Sequence record: PZ049337.1
Direction: 5' to 3' (one strand)
DNA: 52,976 nucleotides
Origin: a phage
Shown: positions 9,141-17,198 of the stretch, piece after piece
Position numbering within the stretch: position 1 is the first letter of the stretch
Layout of the letters: each line of letters begins with the position of its first letter
Notes under the pieces: generated by a model
What the model was told of the DNA's origin: nothing
Databases searched by the model: none
The model's input: the letters and a program-made list of their open reading frames with translations, nothing else
Translations under genes and position numbers: made by a program

Positions 9141-9235
9141 GGTGGACGAGGTTGGATTCGAACCAACGACACATCTGTCGAACAGATTGCTCTACCTGAC
9201 TAAGCTCTGGAGCAGACCTTCTGAGCTACTCGTCC
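9141..9235 (-). tRNA. tRNA-like gene with expanded D-arm; possible tRNA-Arg(UCG), isotype very uncertain
   Basis: Minus-strand read GGACGAG-TA-GCTCAG...GGTAGAGC...ATCTGTTCGACAGAT...GTTGG-TTCGAAT-CCAAC-CTCGTCC-A: perfect 7-bp acceptor stem, canonical T-arm, classic D-arm halves, but about 22 extra nt inside the D-loop; CCA not encoded. Confidence 0.4.
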
Positions 9236-10393
9236 AAAATTGGGTGGGTTTTGGTAACGCAGGTTTTCCCGAACTGCGAGGCTTGTAGAATCTGTGAGTC
9301 ATCTACTGTGTTTTGACATAACGTGGGATTGATGGTCCCGACTCACTTCATCTCAGGTACAAGGCACTACTTTGCGAGTGCAAGCAGGTGTTGAACCCAA
9401 GTACCAACAGGCAACCTGATTTAATCTACCTTTGTAGATACCATCGGTTATGAGCAGTTTATTTCCATGCTCAGGGCAACTCACTTTAGGGTGAATTAGG
9501 TTACGCAGTGCAGCTTCGAAGTCGCTGCCACAGGTTTGAGATTCCTGTGTGGAGGGAAATCCAGAGGAGCACTTCCCCAAGGAGTTACGTTTCAAATTGG
9601 CATAGCTTCTCACACTAAGCCAATTGAAGACATTCCAGTGTGCTCGTCCGTCCTCTAGAAATATCCAACTGCATAATTAAGTTTGTACTCTGTCACATCT
9701 CCACGCGCACTGGAAGACTTAAGCCTGCATTGCATCGCAGAATACAAATTAATTATTGCTCCGATTTATTAATCACATCTCGAAGCCACAATGCGCCAAA
9801 TTTGGTTACATGGGATTGGAAGACCACGGAGAGAACTTAAATTTAATTAAGCTGCAACTCGCATTTCAGAATCATTTGCATTTATTTTAAATGAATAAAA
9901 CAGTCGCAATAACTTCAGGCAGTTTAGACCCGTCGTAAGACTCAGAAAACTACTTCAATATGGACTCTGGCATTCAACCAGACTCGACTACTTTTCAAGG
10001 CACTACCCTCTACTTTTTCATCACCCGTACTGGATATACTTTCACTGGTGCCCTTCCGCAAAGATTTCTTAAAGCGTTTCCAGGATGTTTCGCGGTAGTG
10101 AATCGCTACTACTTCCAGGGTCTCCACCAATACTTTCTAGTGAGCACGTCCTTCCAGCTAATTGTCTTCTCTTATCGGAGAAGGGTTCGTCCATTGCACA
10201 TCCATATTGAAATAACTTCAATGAACACTCTTGTCTGGGCCATGAGCTTGGGCATCGGCCTACCTCCCAACTCTAATCACAAGAATGCTCATTGAAGCCC
10301 ACTCACTCTGGAATGGGTTCAAGGCAGCACCGGAAAACTTCCAGTGCATGCCAGATCGATTTAGCTTAGTCTCTCAAGTTTGCCATCGGCAAC

Positions 10394-10732
10394 TTAGAAT
10401 ACCGGAGCTTCTTCAACAGCAGCTTCGGCAGCTTCTTCAACAACTGCGTCAGCAACTTTAGCTTCTTTCGGGGTATCGAACTTAGTACGCTCAACTTCCG
10501 GCTCACCAGCTTCAACCCACGGCAGATAGAATGCCAGGAACTGCTCGACGGTGTTCTTCTGCATGGAGCGAGAACGGTCGATAGCGCCAACGGTGTTCAG
10601 GTACGCTTCGGCAGCTTTCTCAATTTTAGCACCGTTTTCCAGTTTGAAGTCATGTGCATTACACTCTGCTTCGGTCAGGAACAGGGAACCATCGTTAGCT
10701 TCGTACTGAGTTACGGTTACAATCTTAGCCAT
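10394..10732 (-). CDS. hypothetical acidic protein with C-terminal ...EEAPVF tail
   Basis: Track ORF 10394..10816; I prefer ATG at 10732 (MAKIVTV...) with AGG Shine-Dalgarno, because the recurring 17-nt motif lies in the upstream extension. Confidence 0.5.
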   Translation of the reverse strand: MAKIVTVTQYEANDGSLFLTEAECNAHDFKLENGAKIEKAAEAYLNTVGAIDRSRSMQKNTVEQFLAFYLPWVEAGEPEVERTKFDTPKEAKVADAVVEEAAEAAVEEAPVF

Positions 10733-10810
10733 TTGTATATACCTTATATTGAATAGTTTTTGCACGCCACGGTGACGCGACTTAGATAAAATTAAAGAGC
10801 CTTTCTCTTT

Positions 10811-10827
10811 CCACATCCAATTAATGT
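10811..10827 (-). promoter_or_regulatory. copy of recurring 17-nt motif (minus strand ACATTAATTGGATGTGG)
   Basis: About 80 nt upstream of ATG 10732. Confidence 0.35.
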
Positions 10828-10856
10828 GTCAGGACTGCTCTGATTTAACAAACAAC

Positions 10857-11531
10857 TCAATACATATTGAATCGTTCGATTGTTTTGATTACCAAATCCT
10901 TTGTCTCAGCGACAGTGAGTTCAGTGATGATTGATTCGTCATAACCCTCAATCTGGATTGCTACAAAACGCCCAACACCTGTTACGGTAAGTCGGTTGGT
11001 TCTGTCACGAACAACTACACCAGCTTCTTGCGCGACTGCTCGCAACAATTTCCAGCGTAAAGTTCGGTTTGGTACAGTAAAGCCCTTTGTCAAGAACAAC
11101 TCTTTCATGAGTTCTCCAAGGCAAACAGCTTCAATGTTTTTTCCTCTTCCAACTAATTCTTGCAACAGGCACAGCGTCAACATTTCTAAATTGTTGAAGT
11201 GACCAGCGCGCTCCAAATTAAAGAACTCTGGAGGAACAGTTGAACGAGATTTAACAGCTTGCTTATATGCACGTTCTTCTTCCTGTGCAGCAAGCATTAG
11301 CATCTCTGGCTTAATGTATTTCATAGCAGAGAAGCCAGCGCGTGTGGCTTTAATTATGCGACAAGCCTCTTTCATCTTGTAGCGTTGCCACTCACCGCGC
11401 TTCGATTCTGGATTAAAATGGACCCACATAATGATAACATCTTCCTTGGCAAGATAGACGGCATCATTATCATTGAGCCATTGCTTGCACGTTGATAGTG
11501 CAATCTCTTTGTCATCATCATGATAAGACAT
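10857..11531 (-). CDS. hypothetical protein (about 224 aa)
   Basis: Track ORF 10857..11588; ATG at 11531 (MSYHDDD...) has AGG Shine-Dalgarno and sits 1 nt after the upstream stop. Confidence 0.45.
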   Translation of the reverse strand: MSYHDDDKEIALSTCKQWLNDNDAVYLAKEDVIIMWVHFNPESKRGEWQRYKMKEACRIIKATRAGFSAMKYIKPEMLMLAAQEEERAYKQAVKSRSTVPPEFFNLERAGHFNNLEMLTLCLLQELVGRGKNIEAVCLGELMKELFLTKGFTVPNRTLRWKLLRAVAQEAGVVVRDRTNRLTVTGVGRFVAIQIEGYDESIITELTVAETKDLVIKTIERFNMY

Positions 11532-11532
11532 T

Positions 11533-11823
11533 TTAGTGGCCTTGTAGGATACGTTTGTTCGCAGTTTCTGCGTCGATTCCCAAATCAACTAATGTAACCA
11601 AGCACTGCGAAATCCGCTCTTGCGCAGCTTTCTCCAGAATTTGGTATTTTTCGTCGTTAACGCCTAACACATTCTTGGCATGAATGAGTGTAGCCATTAG
11701 GCCATGACCCAAAGCAACAGCTTGCATTGCCTGGAGTTCGAAGTTGATTGTGATGCCAGCAAGTTCGTGCTCTTTCTGGATAATCTCAATCAACTCTTCT
11801 TTGGATTTGTCTTGTAAGTTCAA
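11533..11823 (-). CDS. hypothetical protein (96 aa)
   Basis: Minus-strand ORF, 4-nt overlap with the upstream gene. Confidence 0.45.
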   Translation of the reverse strand: MNLQDKSKEELIEIIQKEHELAGITINFELQAMQAVALGHGLMATLIHAKNVLGVNDEKYQILEKAAQERISQCLVTLVDLGIDAETANKRILQGH

Positions 11824-12140
11824 AATGGGACTCCGTAAATTGGTTGGTTAGTTGTCCACTCGCGAGTTGCGATTTGCATGGACTTGTTTGGGCCGTGGTA
11901 GAAGTATTTCTTGACTTCCTCAAGTGTGTATTTAGCACTGCTTTCGAGAATATCTTTGAAAGTGTGCTTCCAGAACCCATCTTTCTCCGAAATTCCTACG
12001 GTAAAGTCGTTGGTGCCGTTGTACCACCAACGTCCACCAACCAGGACGAAGTGGATTGTTTCTTCCCCATCTTCCCCACTTAGAACAGACGTTAGTACAT
12101 TTCTTAATGTCAAAACTTTAGCAGAATGCTTGCGAATCAT
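11820..12140 (-). CDS. hypothetical protein (106 aa) ending ...GVPF
   Basis: ATG at 12140 with GGAGAG Shine-Dalgarno; C-terminal VPF tip. Confidence 0.5.
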   Translation of the reverse strand: MIRKHSAKVLTLRNVLTSVLSGEDGEETIHFVLVGGRWWYNGTNDFTVGISEKDGFWKHTFKDILESSAKYTLEEVKKYFYHGPNKSMQIATREWTTNQPIYGVPF

Positions 12141-12783
12141 AGGAACTCTCCAATTTTCGATTCAGTGTTTGTGACTTCTCTCTTCTCATCTTTTGGCCTC
12201 ATGAAACAGGCCACAGGGTTGCGAAAATAGCCCTATTTTAGGACTATAGCCAACCGTTTGTGTCAATTCTGGATAACTGCATTGGTGAAGGGTTACTCTC
12301 GTTAGGGTGCGATACGCTAATCACATGAGTGTCGTCGCCTTGCGGCTCAGGCGTGTCACAAAGGCTTTGCAACCCTTCCCAATACATTCACCCAAATCCC
12401 AGCGTTGGCGTAGCTGGTGGCTTGGTTTTGTGCGGATTATGCCACTCTAAGCCCTGTTTGTCCGACTTCCTCGGAGCACCAGCGGCTTGTGGCACAAACC
12501 TATTTTCGAATGACTAACATAAGCATGAGGCACAACCCTCTAATTATTCAGCCCTAACAGCTTGCTTATTTAGTACCAATTCATCCCAATACATCGACCT
12601 ATAACAAGTGAATAGCGTTTCTGCGAAGAAGTATTCTGGCCCTTTGGCCTATGTTAAAAGATAAGTGTATTTGATGGAAACATTCCATCGAAAATAACTT
12701 TGTAGAATGAGTCGAACATTCTCACACGTCTAGCGGCCGCAACGGTCTACCGAGTTACAAAGTTATTATCTGATGTTGTTTCT

Positions 12784-12800
12784 TCAATTCCAACTAATGT
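12784..12800 (-). promoter_or_regulatory. copy of recurring 17-nt motif (minus strand ACATTAGTTGGAATTGA)
   Basis: In ORF-free region 12150-13010. Confidence 0.3.
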
Positions 12801-12864
12801 TTCAGAATTATTCCAATATTCCAAACAAAAAGAATAATAAGAATAAATTAAAATAAATGAAGAA

Positions 12865-12900
12865 AGTGCTTGACACCCATTTGGCGATAAGTGTATAATG
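12865..12900 (+). promoter_or_regulatory. sigma70-type promoter on the plus (antisense) strand
   Basis: TTGACA (12870-12875), 18-nt spacer ending TG, TATAAT (12894-12899): consensus -35, extended -10; points opposite to all genes. Confidence 0.4.
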
Positions 12901-12924
12901 CATTTCTTCCCTAAGAGGTCAGAA

Positions 12925-12941
12925 TCAAATCCCACTAATGC
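12925..12941 (-). promoter_or_regulatory. copy of recurring motif, degenerate (minus strand GCATTAGTGGGATTTGA)
   Basis: Adjacent to hairpin 12949-12995. Confidence 0.25.
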
Positions 12942-13011
12942 TTCAGACGAAGTGCCGAAGGCCAATGCGAGTACAAAACCCGCTTGGCACTTCGAAGAAA
13001 CCCGCCTGGAA

Positions 13012-13248
13012 CTATAGTGCTTTCCAATCTGAATCAAACAGTTTCTTTGGTCTTGAATAAATTATCGAATTAATTCCCAAGAAAGTATGATTTCCATACT
13101 TCTTAACTTCCTGGTAAGCAAAACCATCTACCCAATCTCCGGAGTGGGTTTTAATCTTTGTAGCAAACAGGATTCGATAGTAGTGGCCGCGTGGCTGGTG
13201 GAAGAGTATATCTTCTGGCTTGATTGAGCTAATATTTAAATCACGCAT
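13012..13248 (-). CDS. hypothetical protein (78 aa)
   Basis: Minus-strand ORF, tightly packed early-gene block. Confidence 0.4.
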   Translation of the reverse strand: MRDLNISSIKPEDILFHQPRGHYYRILFATKIKTHSGDWVDGFAYQEVKKYGNHTFLGINSIIYSRPKKLFDSDWKAL

Positions 13249-13789
13249 TTAAGAACAATACTCCTTCGGAGAAGATGTAGTCGCTTCCATAATCTTTTGC
13301 AACTGCATCCCAATCAATGTATGGACGAAGATGGTCTGGAACTTCTATCCCATCATAGTTTTTGAAGTAGTCTGCAATTGAGTCGCAACGAGTGATGAAC
13401 ATGTCATTCAAATCATTCACAGTGAAAATATCAATCTCACCACTACGGAATGCAGCAAGAATTACAAACAAATCAGTGTCATTTAAAAGTTCATTGAATT
13501 TGTCATACTTGCGTAGGCTGAACAGGCCATCAACAAAGCAAACTTCCGTAACATCCTCATCTCTTGATTCGAGAATGTCGTAAGTCCCTGTTTCTGGGTA
13601 CTCGATACCATATTCTTCGTGTAAATATTCTGACATGTTGAAGTCATAGAGCCGCCACGCCAGACCATCAATCCAAGCATCTTCATGCTCGGAATTGTTT
13701 TCGCCTGTGTAGAAACGAACCAATAAGGTTTCATCTCTACGCCAGGACTTAAGCTGTGATACTGCTTGAGTAATGTTATCGTTTTGCAT
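13241..13789 (-). CDS. ArdA-like antirestriction protein (DNA mimic)
   Basis: 182 aa, strongly acidic; C-terminal PYIDWDAVAKDYGSDYIFSEGVLF resembles my recollection of the ArdA C-terminal motif (YIDYQAYGRDL...GIFEI). Confidence 0.45.
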   Translation of the reverse strand: MQNDNITQAVSQLKSWRRDETLLVRFYTGENNSEHEDAWIDGLAWRLYDFNMSEYLHEEYGIEYPETGTYDILESRDEDVTEVCFVDGLFSLRKYDKFNELLNDTDLFVILAAFRSGEIDIFTVNDLNDMFITRCDSIADYFKNYDGIEVPDHLRPYIDWDAVAKDYGSDYIFSEGVLFLNA

Positions 13790-14066
13790 TTAGTTTCTCC
13801 CAAGTGCCTCTCAATTCTGTGTCCAGAATCTTAAGTTGATTGATTCGCTCATTTCCACCTTTGATAAGTGCACTGAGGATAGCAACCTTCTCGTTGTAAC
13901 TGACAGTGTAGACTACATCGTCAAGTTCCATAGTGTACTGCATCTTCTTTTCATCACCTACGTTAATTGATAGGTGCTGGTGGAGAATATTCTCTGCACG
14001 GATGGTTCTTGACTCTAGTGCATTCAACTCTCTTGGAATATCTTCGTAATTCATCGGATGCTCCAT
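13776..14066 (-). CDS. hypothetical protein (96 aa)
   Basis: Minus-strand ORF. Confidence 0.4.
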   Translation of the reverse strand: MEHPMNYEDIPRELNALESRTIRAENILHQHLSINVGDEKKMQYTMELDDVVYTVSYNEKVAILSALIKGGNERINQLKILDTELRGTWEKLNAKR

Positions 14067-14074
14067 TGATGAAG

Positions 14075-14470
14075 TTATGCTGGAAGTTCGAAGTGTGGTG
14101 CGTCTAGGAATTTAGCCCATTTCACCGGCTTAGTGAATGAACGCTCCCATGTTCCGCCCCAACGAATGACAATTCCAAGCTCTTCTGCGGCTTTGAACAT
14201 GTGTTCAGCTACAATTTGGAATCGTTCGAGGTCATTCCAGTCAATTGGATATGGTGCAATGTCCAAAGCGTTGCCTGACATGTGTCGGCTAACTGAAACT
14301 TTGGTTGCACCCTGTTTTAACAGCTCTTGTTGACGTTCATAAGAGCGTAAACCTTCCAAAACAGTTACATCAAAAGGCATGGTTTCACATGCCCGTTTGA
14401 AAACTGCAACTAATGAAGGATTTACTCCCTTAAGTCGGTCTAAAGAACGCTGACCGAGCTTAACATTCAT
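14075..14470 (-). CDS. peptidoglycan L-alanyl-D-glutamate peptidase, M15 family (T5-type endolysin)
   Basis: 131 aa; SRHMSGNALDIAPY...IDWNDLERF...ELGIVIRWGGTW...DAPHFE gives the H-x6-D...H zinc-binding pattern; no signal peptide. Confidence 0.7.
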   Translation of the reverse strand: MNVKLGQRSLDRLKGVNPSLVAVFKRACETMPFDVTVLEGLRSYERQQELLKQGATKVSVSRHMSGNALDIAPYPIDWNDLERFQIVAEHMFKAAEELGIVIRWGGTWERSFTKPVKWAKFLDAPHFELPA

Positions 14471-14745
14471 TATTTACCCTTTAATGCGTCGTTTAAGGTG
14501 TTGTTTAACAACGTGTTGAGGTTATTAAGCTCGTCAAATGCTACCTGAGCTTTGTTAACTTCGTCAACAAGCAATGCCCGAAGGACTGCATGCTCAACAA
14601 GCACCCATCCGTCGATACAGTCGATGAAAACTTTGACTTTATCAACTGGAGCGTTTAAATCAAAGGCTGACAAGTCGGATTTGGCATTGTCCAACTTACC
14701 TTTTGCCTTGCTTAGTTCAACTGGAACTTGGTCTATCGAAATCAT
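14470..14745 (-). CDS. hypothetical protein (91 aa)
   Basis: Minus-strand ORF. Confidence 0.4.
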   Translation of the reverse strand: MISIDQVPVELSKAKGKLDNAKSDLSAFDLNAPVDKVKVFIDCIDGWVLVEHAVLRALLVDEVNKAQVAFDELNNLNTLLNNTLNDALKGK

Positions 14746-14975
14746 TGAAATTTATTCCCACTAGGGTGAATGGTTAATTTGAAAGGCACTAATTCTTTAT
14801 TGATTGAGGTTGTTCCAAGAACTGTTGCCTCAAACAGCATAGATTTAGCTGTTTCCTTACCAACACGTTCCAAGTATTTTACAACTCGGTCGTGAATTAC
14901 TGCCCAATGGCGATATTCGCAATCGGATTCCAGCAGGTATTGAACTCCATCAATGATAAATTCGGTTGAAGTCAT
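14742..14975 (-). CDS. hypothetical protein (77 aa)
   Basis: Minus-strand ORF. Confidence 0.4.
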   Translation of the reverse strand: MTSTEFIIDGVQYLLESDCEYRHWAVIHDRVVKYLERVGKETAKSMLFEATVLGTTSINKELVPFKLTIHPSGNKFQ

Positions 14976-15331
14976 TTCTTCTCCGTACAGCTGGTGGATA
15001 AAACAGGATAGTTTGCTTTGAGGAAATCTCCATCACGGAAAATCTGAAGTACAAGTTTGTCTTCATGATTTATAAACAGTGCAGCAAACCTGCTATCTTT
15101 AATGTTGTAAAACAAAACTGTTGCAGGATTTGGTTCATCGCTTGGAACCTCCATCCAAACACCAGCTTCAGGAATTATTGACGCAATCAGAGGTTGGCTG
15201 TCTCCAATATTATCAATTACAAGAGCATACGCTCCGCATTTGAAGTTCTTTGTTGACGCTTTGGACTCAAAGCTGAAGAACGCCAAAACAATTAATGCTA
15301 AAGTATAAATGATGATGTACTTAAGTTTCAT
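14972..15331 (-). CDS. secreted/periplasmic hypothetical protein
   Basis: N-terminal signal-peptide-like MKLKYIIIYTLALIVLAFFSFESKAS. Confidence 0.45.
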   Translation of the reverse strand: MKLKYIIIYTLALIVLAFFSFESKASTKNFKCGAYALVIDNIGDSQPLIASIIPEAGVWMEVPSDEPNPATVLFYNIKDSRFAALFINHEDKLVLQIFRDGDFLKANYPVLSTSCTEKK

Positions 15332-15383
15332 AATTCCTCCAATAATTAATCGAGGCCACTCGAAGTGGAATGGCCTCTGTTAA

Positions 15384-16088
15384 TTACAGCTTCTTGATAA
15401 GCTCTGCGGATTTGCTTGCAGCAACTTTCATTTCATCGCGTGCGGCTTTGGTGATTGATGCCTTATCCACGCGAATGTTACAGTTGCCGATTGCAATCTT
15501 GCCATCTTCTGTTGGTGCAAGTTGCTGTAAGTCGAGCATTTGCTCCAGCTTTTGCAGAAGAATACGTTGTGCTTCGATTGCATTTTGAATATTTAAAGTT
15601 TCCATTACTGCTCTTACCTTTCTTGAATAAGTTTCAAATAATGATAGGCGCACTTGCAAACCTTTTACGCCATCACAGTCAAAATTGACTTTGTTGAATG
15701 GTGAATTTGGATGCTTATATACATTTGTAACAGTTTTCCAATTACCCTTATGCAAGATAACATCACCAACTTCCACATCAGCGCCTTTAACATCCTCTTC
15801 ATCTGAGAATGGTTTCACTGCTTCACCATAAGGGAGAAACACTGGTGTTATCTGTGTGCTGAATGTCGCTGTTGGAGTCCCCAAAGCTGGTGGCCTGTCG
15901 AGCACTTTGACTATGCGGCCAAATTCAAAATTGTAGTACCCACCAGAATATTGCAACTGAACTGCATCACTAAACCGGAGGATGTTTTCAATCCGGTATT
16001 CCCTGTTGCCGTAAACCAATACATCACCAGGCTTTACCAAATTGGCAGGTATTTCGACAAATTTAGTTCCCATTATGGTATTCCTCAC
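15384..16088 (-). CDS. hypothetical protein (about 230 aa)
   Basis: Largest early-region ORF; no motif recognised. Confidence 0.45.
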   Translation of the reverse strand: MRNTIMGTKFVEIPANLVKPGDVLVYGNREYRIENILRFSDAVQLQYSGGYYNFEFGRIVKVLDRPPALGTPTATFSTQITPVFLPYGEAVKPFSDEEDVKGADVEVGDVILHKGNWKTVTNVYKHPNSPFNKVNFDCDGVKGLQVRLSLFETYSRKVRAVMETLNIQNAIEAQRILLQKLEQMLDLQQLAPTEDGKIAIGNCNIRVDKASITKAARDEMKVAASKSAELIKKL

Positions 16089-16197
16089 GCATTGCTGAAC
16101 AGTGCTTACACACCCAAAAGGTTACATAATCGTTTTCATGTGAAATTTCCCAATTATGTAGCCCTATAAAACATAAAATTTTCATAGGGCATCCCAA

Positions 16198-16551
16198 TTA
16201 GAATGGAATATCGTCGTCGAAGTCTTTCGGCTCGTTCGGATTGTAATTGCTCTGCTGTTGCTGAGCAGAAGGTTGCTGACGTTGCTGTCGCTGTTGAGCA
16301 GCGGCTTGAGGTTGAGCTTTGGCTTTAGCTTTCTCTTCACGCTTACGCATCATTTCATCAACCTGTTCTTGGGTCATGATGGTCAATGCAAGTGAGGTAA
16401 ATTCATTACCATTTGCTTGCTTGTTCCAGCCAGATACCCAATACCAGATTCCGTCAACGTTAATACGTCCACGAACGTCGGGATGTTTTGGGTCTTTCTT
16501 GAAGCCATTGGAACCGATGATGCCAGTGTTTACGTCTGAATATTGTGCCAT
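16198..16551 (-). CDS. small protein carrying a host-SSB-like C-terminal tip (DFDDDIPF)
   Basis: 117 aa; ATG at 16551 with Shine-Dalgarno; Gln/Ala-rich linker then NEPKDFDDDIPF, matching the E. coli SSB tip as I recall it; N-terminal domain about 70 aa, too short for a canonical OB fold. Confidence 0.55.
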   Translation of the reverse strand: MAQYSDVNTGIIGSNGFKKDPKHPDVRGRINVDGIWYWVSGWNKQANGNEFTSLALTIMTQEQVDEMMRKREEKAKAKAQPQAAAQQRQQRQQPSAQQQQSNYNPNEPKDFDDDIPF

Positions 16552-16623
16552 GATTAAGATTCTCTTAAGTTAATTACAGTTTAAGTTTCAGTGACATTGC
16601 TAACCACGGAATAGCTTTGTCTC

Positions 16624-16640
16624 TCACATCCAACTAATGT
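16624..16640 (-). promoter_or_regulatory. copy of recurring 17-nt motif (minus strand ACATTAGTTGGATGTGA)
   Basis: 73 nt upstream of ATG 16551; identical 17-mer at 20704-20720. Confidence 0.4.
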
Positions 16641-16680
16641 TGAATTAATCAGGAACACTCAATGAATGCTCCTTGTTAAT

Positions 16681-16968
16681 TTACATCGACTTGGAAATAG
16701 GAATCGGGTCAATGTTTGATTCAGGTTTATACCAGCTTACTTCACCAGAATCTTTCACAAGCTCCCACAAATTGGAGAATGTACGATAGAGTAGAACTTT
16801 GTTATCATCAATAACGACAAAACCCAAAGGAGATTGAATATACGCACCCAATGTACCACTGTTTCGAGGAACTCCGTCACCACGACCTGCGACGATTTTG
16901 TACTTCTTGCCTTTGGTGAAGCTGGAATTAGTTTCACCAACATATTTAACGATTGAATTCTTGTTCAT
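16681..16968 (-). CDS. hypothetical protein (95 aa)
   Basis: Minus-strand ORF. Confidence 0.4.
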   Translation of the reverse strand: MNKNSIVKYVGETNSSFTKGKKYKIVAGRGDGVPRNSGTLGAYIQSPLGFVVIDDNKVLLYRTFSNLWELVKDSGEVSWYKPESNIDPIPISKSM

Positions 16969-17198
16969 TGCTTTAGTTTCTCCAAAGCGGATAATACGGA
17001 ATCACCAGAACCACTAATTACAAGCGTTTCCCCTGGAAGATTGTAGGATATATAAGAGAACGTCCATTTTACAACAGTTCTCTGATATGAGGAGCTGTAT
17101 TTATCAGACAGCTCTATATCTTGCCTTGCATCGTTTAGTAAGAACTCCTGCCCATCAATAGTCAGTTGCTTAAACATTTCGATATGACTCTTACCCAC
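16965..17198 (-). CDS. hypothetical protein (77 aa)
   Basis: Minus-strand ORF. Confidence 0.4.
   Translation of the reverse strand: MGKSHIEMFKQLTIDGQEFLLNDARQDIELSDKYSSSYQRTVVKWTFSYISYNLPGETLVISGSGDSVLSALEKLKQ

Noticed and set aside
9353-10295. Track ORFs 9353..9613 (-), 9640..9840 (+), 9942..10130 (-) and 9960..10295 (+) in the tRNA-adjacent block
   Set aside because: Cys/Ser/Thr-rich or hydrophobic-random composition, no ribosome-binding sites, mutually overlapping on both strands; the block looks non-coding.
12900-13016. 39-codon plus-strand ORF starting inside the -10 hexamer of the antisense promoter
   Set aside because: No ribosome-binding site and the start codon overlaps the promoter; an RNA product is more likely than a protein.
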